Shown: in pieces, positions 1-8,933 of the stretch | How the letters are laid out: the number at the start of each line of letters is the position of its first letter | Position numbering within the stretch: the first letter of the stretch is position 1 | DNA from: Thermoplasmata archaeon | Lineage (GTDB): Archaea; Thermoplasmatota; Thermoplasmata; Lutacidiplasmatales; UBA184 | Length of the DNA: 64,000 nucleotides | Assembly (NCBI GenBank): GCA_030037875.1 | Contig: JASHPV010000007.1 | Location: 10,041 to 74,040, forward strand | Reading direction: 5' to 3' | The notes under the pieces: generated by a model | The model's database searches: none | Told to the model about the DNA's origin: nothing | The model's input: the letters and a program-made list of their open reading frames with translations, nothing else | Position numbers and translations under genes: made by a program

Positions 1-47
1 GAGCCCGATGTCACGGGCCCGGCGGGCGCTCGTCTTCGGCGGGGGGC

Positions 48-368
48 TCATCGAAACCTCCGGCGACCGCCCAGGGCGAGAAGCTTGGTCCGGTCTTCGG
101 GGCGGACGCGGAGCGCCTCGCCGAGGACCGGTACCTCGTCGCCGTCCTTGACGAGGACCGCACGCAGTCCGTTCTTCGGAACGCGACGCAGTCGGCTCGC
201 CCCGGGACGACGGATCAACAGCGTGTGAAGCGTCTCGTCCGCGATGACACCGTCCAGCGGCAGCGGCCGGATCCCCGGGGCGTGCGTGATGTGGACCGGG
301 AGTCCGATGATCTCCCCCAGGAGCGCGGGGGCGGCCGGGACCCGGGCCGTGCCGGCGTCGAGCGACAT
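48..368 (-). CDS. rnp1: RNase P protein component 1 (Rpp29/Pop4-like, Rnp1)
   Basis: ~106 aa. Motif GLPVHITHAPG...GVIADETLHTLLI...RRVPKNG is typical of archaeal Rpp29. Sits directly downstream of uL29, as in conserved archaeal r-protein clusters. Confidence 0.7.
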   Translation of the reverse strand: MSLDAGTARVPAAPALLGEIIGLPVHITHAPGIRPLPLDGVIADETLHTLLIRRPGASRLRRVPKNGLRAVLVKDGDEVPVLGEALRVRPEDRTKLLALGGRRRFR

Positions 369-389
369 CGATCCTCCTCTTCCTCCCCC

Positions 390-590
390 TTACCGCGACC
401 GTGCGGCATTGGCTCGTTCGGACAGCACGGTGAGCGCGCGGGCGACGTTGGTGCGGAGCGCCCGGAGGCGACCCGGGCTCGGCGGAGCGCCGCCCATGGC
501 GGCGGTCCCCCGCTCCCGGAGGAGGTCGTTCTCGATATCGCTGATCTTCTTCTGGAGGTCCTCGTCCGAGAGGGCGCGCAGGTCCTTCAT
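390..590 (-). CDS. rpl29: 50S ribosomal protein uL29
   Basis: 66-aa tail of ORF 390..1469: MKDLRALSDEDLQKKISDIENDLLRERG...RLRALRTNVARALTVLSE. ATG at 590..588. Conserved position after uS3. Confidence 0.8.
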   Translation of the reverse strand: MKDLRALSDEDLQKKISDIENDLLRERGTAAMGGAPPSPGRLRALRTNVARALTVLSERANAARSR

Positions 591-601
591 CCGAAGCAGC
601 G

Positions 602-1285
602 TCACGGCGCTCCCTCCACCGGCGGCATGTCCGGCAACGGGGGCACCTCGGCCGATGGCAGTTCCACGGGCGTCGTGCGGGGCCGCTCCTCGACGCCCTT
701 CACGTGGATCTCGTCCGGCAGCCGGGCGTTGGGCCCCATGATCCAGACCTTCACCCCGATGACGCCGGGTTTGAGGCGCGCCTGGGCGAATCCTTTGCCG
801 ATGAGCAGGATGGCGGCTTCCCCGCAGTACTTGATGGTCCCCGCCTTGAACCGCTCCGTCCGGTGACGCTCCCCGGTGAGTTTTCCCGATAGGATGACCT
901 GGCAGCCCCGGGCCCCGGCCTCCATGATCCGGCGCACGGTCGAGTGGCCGGCGCGCCGGAAGTGCCAGCCCCGTTCGAGCGTGCCGGCCAGTTTTTCCGC
1001 CATCAGCTGGGCGTTGAGCGCCGGCTGCCGTTCCTCCTGCACCTCGATCTGCGGATTGTCGAGCTTGAACCGGTTCTGGATGTCCTGGGTCAGCTGCTTG
1101 ATGAGCTCGCCGCGCCGGCCGATGATGATGCCGGGCCGCTCGGTGATGAGCGTGACGCGGGTGCCCATCGGCGTGCGCTGGATGTCGAGGCCCCCGAAGC
1201 CCGCGCGGGCGCTCTGCTGGATGAGAAAGTCCTTCAGCAGGACGCGGCGGGTGGCCTCTTCGACGACCTTCCGCTCGCTCGACAT
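602..1285 (-). CDS. rps3: 30S ribosomal protein uS3
   Basis: Internal start MSSERKVVEE... inside long ORF 602..2215 (N-terminal extension is spurious). KH-domain region GIIIGRRGELIKQL. ATG 1285..1283 shares a base with the uL22 stop (TAATG). Confidence 0.93.
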   Translation of the reverse strand: MSSERKVVEEATRRVLLKDFLIQQSARAGFGGLDIQRTPMGTRVTLITERPGIIIGRRGELIKQLTQDIQNRFKLDNPQIEVQEERQPALNAQLMAEKLAGTLERGWHFRRAGHSTVRRIMEAGARGCQVILSGKLTGERHRTERFKAGTIKYCGEAAILLIGKGFAQARLKPGVIGVKVWIMGPNARLPDEIHVKGVEERPRTTPVELPSAEVPPLPDMPPVEGAP

Positions 1286-1749
1286 TACGACGCCTCCTTC
1301 CGCTCGCCGAGCACGATCTCGACGTGGGTGGTCTGTTCGTTCCATGCCGTGGCGCGCCCCTGGGCGCGCGGCATGCTCGCCTTCTGGATGCGACCGCGAG
1401 AAGAGGCGGCGACCTTGACGAAGAGGCGGTCCGTGTCCAGCCCCTGGAACTCGGCGTTCGCCTCGGCATTCGCGAGGATTCCCATCAGCGCCTCGCAGAC
1501 CTTCTTGGGGTACCGGCCCGGGCCCACCCCGCGTTTGTGGGCCGTCTCCTGATTGTACCGACGGAACGGGATCGCGCGCTTGAGCGCGATCGCGTCCTCG
1601 AGCACCTTGCGAGCCTTCTCGAGGTCGAGGCCCCGGATCGCGTTCAGAACCTCGTAGGTCTTCTTCGGCGACATGGGGAGCTCCTGCCCCCGGGCCCGGG
1701 CGACCGACACGCCGGTCTCGGCGGTGTACGTGTATCCCCGGTTCGTCAT
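1285..1749 (-). CDS. rpl22: 50S ribosomal protein uL22
   Basis: 154-aa ORF with archaeal uL22 signature (KTYEVLNAIRGLDLEKARKVLEDAI...FVKVAASSRG). Sits between uS19 and uS3. Confidence 0.9.
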   Translation of the reverse strand: MTNRGYTYTAETGVSVARARGQELPMSPKKTYEVLNAIRGLDLEKARKVLEDAIALKRAIPFRRYNQETAHKRGVGPGRYPKKVCEALMGILANAEANAEFQGLDTDRLFVKVAASSRGRIQKASMPRAQGRATAWNEQTTHVEIVLGERKEAS

Positions 1750-1758
1750 CCCCCCTCC

Positions 1759-2184
1759 TCACTTGAGCGGCATGAACTTCGAGGACCGCGTGGCGCCGAC
1801 GCCGGGTCCCGAGTGCTTTTCGAACCGGCGGGTGAGCGAGAACTCGCCGTAGTAGTGACCGATCATCTCCGGCCGGACCTCGATCTCCTTGAACTCCTTC
1901 CCGTTGTGGACGGCGACGCGGCGGCCCACGTGCTGGGGGAGCACCAGGACGTCCCGACAGTGGGTCCGTACGGGCTTCCCACCGGACGCCTCGGCCAGTT
2001 TCTCGAGAAAGCGCCGCTGGTCCTCGTTGAACCCGCGGCGGATCGACCGGCGTTGCCGGGCCGGCAAGAGCTTGGAGAGCTCCTCCAGGCTGAGCTGCTG
2101 GAGCTCCGGAAGCGTCTTGCCACGCAGGGTGAACTCCCGTTTGCGCCGAACCTCGCCCTTCTTCGCCCGGCGCGCCTTCGGCAT
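1759..2184 (-). CDS. rps19: 30S ribosomal protein uS19
   Basis: 141 aa: MPKARRAKKGEVRRKREFTLRGKTL...HNGKEF..IEVRPEMIGHYYGEFSLTRRFEKHSGPG. Confidence 0.92.
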   Translation of the reverse strand: MPKARRAKKGEVRRKREFTLRGKTLPELQQLSLEELSKLLPARQRRSIRRGFNEDQRRFLEKLAEASGGKPVRTHCRDVLVLPQHVGRRVAVHNGKEFKEIEVRPEMIGHYYGEFSLTRRFEKHSGPGVGATRSSKFMPLK

Positions 2185-2186
2185 GT

Positions 2187-2909
2187 TCAGCTACCTCCGG
2201 CTCGGCGGCGGGCATGCTTCCGGCGCGGAGAGAACCGGCCCACTTTCTGACCCGGCCAGGCCCCCGACCCCACGGTGCTCGGTCGGCCCACGTGCTGGTG
2301 CGCGCCTCCGCCGTGCGGGTGGTTGACGGGATTCATCGCCACCCCCCGAACACGGAATGGCGGGCGAGCGATCGATCGGAAGGCGTTGACCTTCTTGCCG
2401 GCCTTGATGAACGGTCGCTCGAGTCGGCCTCCGCCCCCCACGGTGCCGACCTGGGCGCGGCAGGTCTCGAGGAACTGCTTGAATTTCCCGGACGGGAGCT
2501 GGACGGTCACCTCGCCCCCGGTGTGGGCCACCACCAGCGCGCTCGTCCCTGCGGCGCGGACCAGGCGGCCCCCATCGAACGGCTTGACTTCGAGGTTCGA
2601 GACAAGGACCCCGTCGGGGATGCTCTGGAGAGGAAGCAGGCTGCCGCGGACCACGGGTCCCGCGTTCAGCGAAACGGTATCGCCGGTGGAGATCCCCGCG
2701 GAGGCGAGCATCTGGATTTTCTCTCCCGCGGGGCCCCGTACCACCACGACAGCGGCCGAACGGCCCGGCGCCTGGTCGAGCGACTGTACCTTTCCCTCGC
2801 CCGACACGCTGGGCGGCGGATGATAGACCGCCCCGTGGTGCCGGTGGCTCGGAGAGACATACGGGCCGGTGCCGGCGCCCCGCCGACGGGACTTGATGCG
2901 CTTTCCCAT
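2187..2909 (-). CDS. rpl2: 50S ribosomal protein uL2
   Basis: Internal start MGKRIKSRRRGAGTG... in ORF 2187..3023. Conserved C-terminal GVAMNPVNHPHGGG. ATGA overlap with the uL23 stop at 2909. Confidence 0.95.
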   Translation of the reverse strand: MGKRIKSRRRGAGTGPYVSPSHRHHGAVYHPPPSVSGEGKVQSLDQAPGRSAAVVVVRGPAGEKIQMLASAGISTGDTVSLNAGPVVRGSLLPLQSIPDGVLVSNLEVKPFDGGRLVRAAGTSALVVAHTGGEVTVQLPSGKFKQFLETCRAQVGTVGGGGRLERPFIKAGKKVNAFRSIARPPFRVRGVAMNPVNHPHGGGAHQHVGRPSTVGSGAWPGQKVGRFSPRRKHARRRAGGS

Positions 2910-3172
2910 CAGAACACCCCGGCGCGGGCGCCGATATCTTCCGCGGAGAACTCCGGCTTGAAGCGCACCGTCGCGATCTTCCCCGTGCGAACGATCTTGA
3001 TCGTGATCTTCTCCACCTTGCACTGGTAGAGGTCTTCGACCGCGTGCTTCACCTGGGCTCGGCTGGCGCGGCGGTCGACGGCGAACTCGAGCTTGTTCAT
3101 TCGCTCCATCTCGTCCATCGCCTTTTCCGTGACGTACGGGTGGAGGATCACGCGATGACGAAGCTCTGTCAT
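2909..3172 (-). CDS. rpl23: 50S ribosomal protein uL23
   Basis: 87-aa tail of ORF 2909..3766 (MTELRHRVILHPYVTEKAMDEME...KVEKITIKIVRTGKIATV). ATGA overlap with the uL4 stop. Confidence 0.9.
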   Translation of the reverse strand: MTELRHRVILHPYVTEKAMDEMERMNKLEFAVDRRASRAQVKHAVEDLYQCKVEKITIKIVRTGKIATVRFKPEFSAEDIGARAGVF

Positions 3173-4002
3173 TCGACGCCTCCCTCGAGCCGCACCGTGA
3201 GCGCGGTCATCGCGGCGTGGGAGAAGATCGTGAGACGCCCGGGGTCTCCCCCGGGCGCCAGGTCCTCGGTCCCGAGCCGACCGATCGGAACGACGTCGAC
3301 GCCGGCGAGGTTGCGGAATCCGAGCGCCTTCCCCGGGGCGCTCGTCACCACGAGCAAGCTTGTCGGTTCGCGCCGGAGACGGCCCCGGCGCTTCCCACGA
3401 CCGGCGCGGATGTGCGTTCCCTCGCGCGCCCGGACGACGTCCTCCAGCAGTCCGAGGCGTTCCAGGAACTCGCTCGCTGTTTTCGAGGAATCGACCGTTT
3501 CGATGGGGTCCTCGACCACGACGGGGAGGTGGGTGGCCTCGTCCACCCGATGACCGCGAGCCCGGACGATCTTGAGGTCGCGGGTAGCGGCGAGGGCGGC
3601 GGCGAAGGCACCTTTCCGTTCCTTGACGTTGATCTTCTTCCCCACGAGACTCTCGACCCGCGGCGGATGCGCAGGGCGTCCCCCGACGGTGTTCGGCGCT
3701 TGGGCGCCTCGCATCGAGTCCATCAACCGGGGCGTCCGGGCAACGCCCTTGCCTTTCCCCGACCACTCGACGGAGTGGCGGAGTCCAGCCATCGGGGCGG
3801 TACCGTGAGGTTGGACCCGATGGGATTGGGCGGCCAGCACGGCTCGCCGGATCAGGTCGGGACGAACTGGAACGGAGAAGGCCAACGGGAGCGTCACCGT
3901 GGCTCCCGGAGAACCCTCGAGCGTGACCGCGCGGACGCGATGGGCGGCACCGGACGGTCCGGCCGGCGTCGGGGAGCCGGCCGTCGGCTTGGCCGCGCTC
4001 AT
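3169..4002 (-). CDS. rpl4: 50S ribosomal protein uL4
   Basis: 277-aa ORF with typical archaeal L4 features. Sits between uL3 and uL23. Start overlaps the uL3 stop. Confidence 0.9.
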   Translation of the reverse strand: MSAAKPTAGSPTPAGPSGAAHRVRAVTLEGSPGATVTLPLAFSVPVRPDLIRRAVLAAQSHRVQPHGTAPMAGLRHSVEWSGKGKGVARTPRLMDSMRGAQAPNTVGGRPAHPPRVESLVGKKINVKERKGAFAAALAATRDLKIVRARGHRVDEATHLPVVVEDPIETVDSSKTASEFLERLGLLEDVVRAREGTHIRAGRGKRRGRLRREPTSLLVVTSAPGKALGFRNLAGVDVVPIGRLGTEDLAPGGDPGRLTIFSHAAMTALTVRLEGGVE

Positions 4003-5000
4003 ACGCCCTGCTTCGACGCCGTGCTCAGGAAGCGGATGTCGACCTTCTCGACACTCGCGATGTGACTTCGGATCGGCGCCCGGAAGCGAAGGAGTCGCTT
4101 GGAGGGGCCCGGTACGGTGCCGTGGACGAGGACGCAGCTCGAGCGGACCGAGCCGTAGTGGAGGTACCCGCCCTTGGGAGTGATGACGTCAATCTTCGGG
4201 TCGTGCACGATCTTCAGCAGCCGGATGTTGTAGACCGTTCGCTTGTGGTAGCCCATCTGACCGGCCTGCGGAATACGGTACGTCACGAAGCTCGGGTTGT
4301 GGGGTCCCAGGGTCCCGATCATCCGGCGGTGTTTCGAGTTCTTGTGCGGCTGGAGGTGCACCCCCCACCGTTGGATGTGCCCTTGGAATCCCTTGCCCTT
4401 GGTGACGCCGATGAGGTCCCAGAATTCGCCCTCTTTGGCGATCTGGTCGATGGTAACTTCTTTGCCGAGCTGGCTGAGTGCGAACGACCGACGGTCCTCG
4501 ACGGCTTCGCCCGAAACCCGGACCTCGAAGATGTCGGGGGTCTTGGATCCGACGCCTGTCACCAACCACGGCTCGGTGTGGGCGATCAGACGAACGTCGT
4601 CGGCCGGGGCGCTCCGGAAAGCCTCGAGCTTCGAGGGCTCCGTGGCCGGGTGCCGCGGGATGACCCGGTCGACCTCATCGTGGGTTTCCTCGGCCCATGC
4701 CTCCCCTACGACACGGCTTCCGTACGGATCGTCCCGATAGAGTCGGGCGCCGACCACGTGGATGGGTGGGGTTTCGATCACGGTGACCGGTACCGACACT
4801 TCTTGCCCGGCCGTGGTGGAGCGCTTTCGGTAATCCACGATGAACGCGTGAGTCATGCCGACCTTGAAGCCGGCGAACCCCTCCAGGGACGGCTGTTTGG
4901 GGCCGGGAGGCCAGGTACGGACCCTAGGTACACTACGCGACGAGCGAGAACGGGGGGAGTAGCCGAGCGAGCCTCGGCGAGGTCGGTGTCGGCGGGCCAT
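3999..5000 (-). CDS. rpl3: 50S ribosomal protein uL3
   Basis: Internal start MARRHRPRRGSLGYSPR... (ATG 5000..4998) in ORF 3999..5063. Conserved FKVGMTH..., GKGFQG. First gene of the operon. Confidence 0.93.
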   Translation of the reverse strand: MARRHRPRRGSLGYSPRSRSSRSVPRVRTWPPGPKQPSLEGFAGFKVGMTHAFIVDYRKRSTTAGQEVSVPVTVIETPPIHVVGARLYRDDPYGSRVVGEAWAEETHDEVDRVIPRHPATEPSKLEAFRSAPADDVRLIAHTEPWLVTGVGSKTPDIFEVRVSGEAVEDRRSFALSQLGKEVTIDQIAKEGEFWDLIGVTKGKGFQGHIQRWGVHLQPHKNSKHRRMIGTLGPHNPSFVTYRIPQAGQMGYHKRTVYNIRLLKIVHDPKIDVITPKGGYLHYGSVRSSCVLVHGTVPGPSKRLLRFRAPIRSHIASVEKVDIRFLSTASKQGV

Positions 5001-5050
5001 CGATTTGGAGCGTCTTTCGCCTCCGGTGGGGGCGGGGGAGAAGGGTGCCC

Positions 5051-5058
5051 TATTTAAG
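5051..5058 (-). promoter_or_regulatory. Candidate TATA box (TTAAATA on minus strand) for the r-protein operon
   Basis: Plus strand reads ccctatttaagcgc, so minus strand reads gcgcTTAAATAggg. Lies ~50 nt upstream of the uL3 ATG, consistent with an archaeal TATA plus a short leader. Confidence 0.35.
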
Positions 5059-5230
5059 CGCAACCCAGAAGCCGATTGCGCATCTCTCCGGCACGCGATT
5101 CTCCCTCTGAGAATTCCTTGTGAACGCGCTCGTGCTCGGACGCGCGCGTAGAGAAAACCGGCCCCGCGACGCGGCGACCGGCAGGCCCGGCCCCCCGAAT
5201 GGTTAAGGCCCTGCGGGGGGAGCCGCCGTT

Positions 5231-6466
5231 GTGTCGGACCCGCTGGAAGTCCGCTTGGAGGATGTTGGCGCGGCGGCGCAGCGGATCCTGGGGGTAGTTC
5301 GTCGCACCCCGTTGATCGAAGCGCCTCCGATCCCTGGGCTTCCGGCGACGGGCGTTTACCTGAAGCTCGAAAATCTGCAACCCATCGGCGCCTTCAAGCT
5401 GCGCGGCGCCGCGAACAAGATTCTCTCGCTCTCTTCGGAAGAAGCCGCGCACGGCGTGATCGCCGCGTCGTCCGGAAATCACGCGCAAGGGGTGGCTTAC
5501 GCCGCCCGCTACCGGGGCATTTCCGCGACCATCGTGATGCCCCGCGGGGCGTCCCCTGCCAAGGTCAGCGCCACGCGGGCGCTCGGGGCGCGAGTAGTGT
5601 TCCATGGTGGGGATTTCGAGGAGGCCGACGAGGAGGCCCTCCGGCTTTCGAAAGCGGAGGGTCTGGTGTACGTCCACCCCTTCAATGATCCGGCGGTGAT
5701 CGCGGGCCAGGGGACCGTCGCACTGGAGATTCTCGAGGACCTGCCGAAGACCCGGCGGATCATCGCGGGAGTGGGTGGGGGCGGGCTCTTGGCAGGCATC
5801 ACGGTCGCCGCAAAGGAGATGGACCCGGCGGTGGAGATCGTCGGGGTTCAATCGGCGGGGGCCGACACTCTCCGGGCGTCGATGGAACAAGGCCGAGTGG
5901 TGGTCGGGGGAGGCCCGAAAACGTTCGCCGATGGTTTGGCGACCCGGAACATCGGAGACCTGCCATTCCGGATCTTCCAGCATTTCGGCATCAAGGCGTT
6001 CAGTGTGGACGACCGCTCCATCGCGAGGTCCGTGTTCTTGCTGCTCGAGAACGCGAAGTTGCTGGCGGAGGGAGCCGGGGCGGCGCCGTTGGCGGCCGCA
6101 CTCGCGCACCCCGAGATCCTCCAAGACGGCCCGACCGTCCTCGTGATCAGCGGTGGAAATCTCGACATGCTCCTCCTCGACCAGATCCTTCGGGTGGGTC
6201 TGTCCACCGAAGGACGGCTACTGCGAATCCGCGCGCCGTTACGGGACAAGCCGGGGCAACTGGCCGAGCTTCTCGGTGTCGCGGCCGGCCACTCCGCAAA
6301 TGTCCGGCAGATCCTCCACGACCGGGAATCCTCCGGCCGGTCACCCGGGGAGGTGACCGTGGAGGTCGAACTCGAGGTACGGGATGCCGCGCACGCCTCC
6401 GAGGTTCTCCAGGCGTATCGAGACAAGGGTTGGAACGTGGTCCGCGTGACGGTTGGCGATGTTTAG
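5231..6466 (+). CDS. ilvA: Threonine ammonia-lyase (threonine dehydratase), PLP-dependent with C-terminal ACT-like domain
   Basis: GTG start. PLP-lysine motif GAFKLRGA, SSGNHAQG, G-rich loop GVGGGGL. ~90-aa C-terminal regulatory domain. Confidence 0.85.
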   Translation: MSDPLEVRLEDVGAAAQRILGVVRRTPLIEAPPIPGLPATGVYLKLENLQPIGAFKLRGAANKILSLSSEEAAHGVIAASSGNHAQGVAYAARYRGISATIVMPRGASPAKVSATRALGARVVFHGGDFEEADEEALRLSKAEGLVYVHPFNDPAVIAGQGTVALEILEDLPKTRRIIAGVGGGGLLAGITVAAKEMDPAVEIVGVQSAGADTLRASMEQGRVVVGGGPKTFADGLATRNIGDLPFRIFQHFGIKAFSVDDRSIARSVFLLLENAKLLAEGAGAAPLAAALAHPEILQDGPTVLVISGGNLDMLLLDQILRVGLSTEGRLLRIRAPLRDKPGQLAELLGVAAGHSANVRQILHDRESSGRSPGEVTVEVELEVRDAAHASEVLQAYRDKGWNVVRVTVGDV

Positions 6467-6468
6467 AA

Positions 6469-6492
6469 GCGCGCCGCATAGCGACGGCGCGC
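6469..6492 (+). terminator. Perfect 8-bp stem hairpin (GCGCGCCG-catagcga-CGGCGCGC) just after the ilvA stop
   Basis: Inverted repeat read directly in the sequence 3 nt after the ilvA stop. No oligo-T tract follows, so a terminator role is uncertain. Confidence 0.3.
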
Positions 6493-6517
6493 CGGTTCGA
6501 GGCCCCTGACAAATTGG

Positions 6518-6523
6518 TATATA
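6518..6523 (+). promoter_or_regulatory. TATATA box for the 6546 gene (leaderless-type spacing)
   Basis: ggTATATAcgg lies 23-28 nt upstream of ATG 6546. Confidence 0.35.
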
Positions 6524-6545
6524 CGGAGCACTCCATCGAACCCGT

Positions 6546-7037
6546 GTGGAGACCGAGCGGGACGGCGTAGACCACGCGGCCACTGTGCCCCCGCGGCTCT
6601 GGACCGTGGAGGAAGCCAACGCGCGCCTCAACGAGCTTCGGGCGTTGCTGCCGCAACTGAAAGCTTGGGCCACCCGCCTCGGCGTTGTCCACGAAGAGCT
6701 TCAGCGGCTCGCCTCCTTCTGGGGAAAAGAGCTCGAATCCAACGACAATCCGGACTTCGCCCTCCGCCACCGCTTGGACGAGGAGTGGCAGAGCTTGAGC
6801 CGGCGACTCGAACAGGAGGTCCTGCGCCTCCACGAAGACGGCATCGAGGTCAAGGACCTCGAGGTCGGTCTCGCGGACTTCTACGGTCGCTTGGAGGGGG
6901 AGGTCGTTTTCCTGTGCTGGCGACGGGGCGAGGAAGAGGTCGGATTTTGGCACCCGCTCCAGGGAGGCTACCGCAACCGGCGGCCCCTTCCCAATTCCCG
7001 AAAGGCCGCGCCGCGACCCCGCGGCGGCTCCGCGTAG
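6546..7037 (+). CDS. DUF2203-family protein (conserved hypothetical)
   Basis: N-terminal LWTVEEANARLNELRALLPQL resembles the DUF2203 signature. Acidic helical protein. TATA box at -25. Confidence 0.5.
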   Translation: METERDGVDHAATVPPRLWTVEEANARLNELRALLPQLKAWATRLGVVHEELQRLASFWGKELESNDNPDFALRHRLDEEWQSLSRRLEQEVLRLHEDGIEVKDLEVGLADFYGRLEGEVVFLCWRRGEEEVGFWHPLQGGYRNRRPLPNSRKAAPRPRGGSA

Positions 7038-7070
7038 GATTGCCCCGGCGCCGGTCGCCCGCTCGAACCG

Positions 7071-7976
7071 CTAGATCGGCTCGACCGGTCCCTGGGCCCG
7101 GACAAAGTCGGGCATGGTAAGGATCAGGATCACGAGTCCGACCGGTACCGCGACCAACGCGGAGAGAGTCGTGGCCTGGCTGATCACGTCGATGCCGAGG
7201 ATGGGCAGCACGAACGGCGCCGCGACCGCGGAAACGCCTCCGACCACCACGAGGGGCAGACGATCCCGCCGCACGGCCGTGACGGCGAGCCCGGTGAGGA
7301 GCGCGGAGATCCACAGGATTCCCGTGCCGGACCAGACCGTCGCGACGAAGGTTTCCAGGTCCGGAAACGGCGCGCTTTCCACCACGGTCACGCCCGAGCT
7401 GTTGCCCGCGGTGAGGTCCAGTTGGATCGCTTCCGGGCTTCCGGTAATGCTGGAGTACACCGGCGAGTAGAAGAGGTCGAATTGAAGGATGCCAAACCCG
7501 CGGGCGCTGGCGGTCACCTCCACCCCGCCGTACGGGACGCCCGCGACGGAGAACGCTCCGGTCGGGACGGTCATGTTGACATCGAACCCGTTTTCCCCTT
7601 GGACATTCACCCAGGCCCCCGACAGCGGAGCGGGAGACAGTGTGCCTCCGACAGTCAGGGTTCCCGGCCGGAGGGCGTCCCCGCCCACCCACGCGAAGAC
7701 TCCCCCAAGTCCCACGAGGAGAACGGTCACCCCGATCAGCAGCGCGAGTACGGCCGGTCGACGCCAAGGGCTCGGCGGCCGAGGGATTGGGGTGGGGGGA
7801 TATAGGCCCGGATAGACTTCCCAGCTGTACAGGGGAGCCGGATCCCGGGGCCCAACGAACGGGAGGACGGAACCGCATTGCGGACAGCGCGTGTACGAGG
7901 TGATGAGCGGATACGGCGTGTACGCCGTCAACCGCGCCCCGCACTTCGGGCATCGAAGGTCGACCGGCGTCGCCAT
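7071..7976 (-). CDS. Membrane protein with N-terminal zinc ribbon, beta-rich extracytoplasmic domain and C-terminal TM helices
   Basis: N-terminal CPKCG...CPQCG, then TM (VLALLIGVTVLLVGL), a sequon-containing domain (NMT, NSS) and 2-3 C-terminal TMs. Non-repetitive composition, unlike the overlapping GC-artefact ORF 6850..7989. Confidence 0.55.
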   Translation of the reverse strand: MATPVDLRCPKCGARLTAYTPYPLITSYTRCPQCGSVLPFVGPRDPAPLYSWEVYPGLYPPTPIPRPPSPWRRPAVLALLIGVTVLLVGLGGVFAWVGGDALRPGTLTVGGTLSPAPLSGAWVNVQGENGFDVNMTVPTGAFSVAGVPYGGVEVTASARGFGILQFDLFYSPVYSSITGSPEAIQLDLTAGNSSGVTVVESAPFPDLETFVATVWSGTGILWISALLTGLAVTAVRRDRLPLVVVGGVSAVAAPFVLPILGIDVISQATTLSALVAVPVGLVILILTMPDFVRAQGPVEPI

Positions 7977-8603
7977 CCTGTTTCTTCACCCGTTCGGGGC
8001 ACTAAACAGTTCACCCGTGCCCTGGCCAAGCCTCACCTCCGGGTCATCGGGCTCGACGACGGCCCCTTCCTCCGGTCGGCCCGACGGGCCGCCCTGGTCG
8101 GCGTCGTCTTCTCGGCGCCCAACTATGTGGAAGGGATTCTCCGCACGTCCGTGGCGATCGACGGCACCGACGCCACGGATCGGATCCTCACGCTGCTCGG
8201 CCGTTCGCCATTCCTCGATGGGGTGCGAGCGGTACTTCTCGATGGCATTGCGGTGGGCGGGTTCAACTTGGTCGACCTCGACCGGCTGTACGAGAAGCTC
8301 CAGAGGCCCATCGTGACGGTCACCCGGCGGGCGCCCGATTTTTCCGCCATTCACGCGGCACTGCGGAAGTACTTTCCCCGAGACGCGCCGGCCCGGTGGC
8401 GCCTCGTCCGGGCTCATCCCCTCTTCCGCCTCGCGACCCCCGAAGGCAATCCGCTGCGCGTCAGCGCGGTGGGCTGCACACGGGCGGAGGCTTCCGTGAT
8501 GGTCCGGCGCACGACGGTCCGAGGGAATGTTCCGGAGCCGCTCCGTCTCGCCCGTCTCATCGCGCGCGCCCTCGTCCGGTCCGACACCGGCAAGCCGGCG
8601 TAG
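7878..8603 (+). CDS. DUF99/UPF0215-family protein (EndoV-like fold), N-terminal boundary unresolved
   Basis: Conserved RVIGLDDGPF motif near residue 55 of the ORF. DUF99 proteins normally begin ~8 aa before it, but no ATG/GTG/TTG lies in frame there. ORF start 7878 would overlap the divergent gene. Confidence 0.55.
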   Translation: MRTARVRGDERIRRVRRQPRPALRASKVDRRRHPVSSPVRGTKQFTRALAKPHLRVIGLDDGPFLRSARRAALVGVVFSAPNYVEGILRTSVAIDGTDATDRILTLLGRSPFLDGVRAVLLDGIAVGGFNLVDLDRLYEKLQRPIVTVTRRAPDFSAIHAALRKYFPRDAPARWRLVRAHPLFRLATPEGNPLRVSAVGCTRAEASVMVRRTTVRGNVPEPLRLARLIARALVRSDTGKPA

Positions 8604-8669
8604 TTCTCGGGCAGAGTCCCGGGCCCTTCGACTCCTTATTCTCCCGAGGTCCTAGCCCGAGCCTCGGCT

Positions 8670-8933
8670 ATGCGGTTCGGATGGGCGTATTGGCTCCTGG
8701 GAACGCTCCTTGCCATCACCGCGGTGATGCTGGTACCGTCGATACTGATCTCCGCATACAGCGCGGTCCCCCCGCTCCCGTGGACGTTCCTCGCCCTCTA
8801 CGGAACGGTCGCGTTCCTCTGCGCCCTCGGTGCGGCGCTCCTCCTCCGCAGAGGTCGGGTTCTTCTTCACGCGGATTCCATCATCGGTTTAAAGAGCGGG
8901 CACGACGATGAGAGCCGCGGGCCTGTAGCTTAG
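8670..8933 (+). CDS. Small two-TM membrane protein (hypothetical)
   Basis: 87 aa with two hydrophobic helices. Its 3' end overlaps the tRNA 5' end by 16 nt, which lowers confidence. Confidence 0.3.
   Translation: MRFGWAYWLLGTLLAITAVMLVPSILISAYSAVPPLPWTFLALYGTVAFLCALGAALLLRRGRVLLHADSIIGLKSGHDDESRGPVA

Noticed and set aside
602-2215. 537-aa ORF on the minus strand that would fuse uS3 to ~310 aa of upstream sequence spanning uL22/uS19
   Set aside because: The N-terminal extension is Arg/Gly/Pro-rich low-complexity translation of the antisense or out-of-frame r-protein genes. Real uS3 starts at the internal MSSERK (ATG 1285), matching uS3 length and the TAATG junction with uL22.
5054-6124. 356-aa minus-strand ORF overlapping ilvA, and 268-aa ORF 6147..6953
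   Set aside because: No domains and R/P/G-rich composition. The overlapping plus-strand genes have clear PLP-enzyme and DUF2203 signatures and a TATA box.
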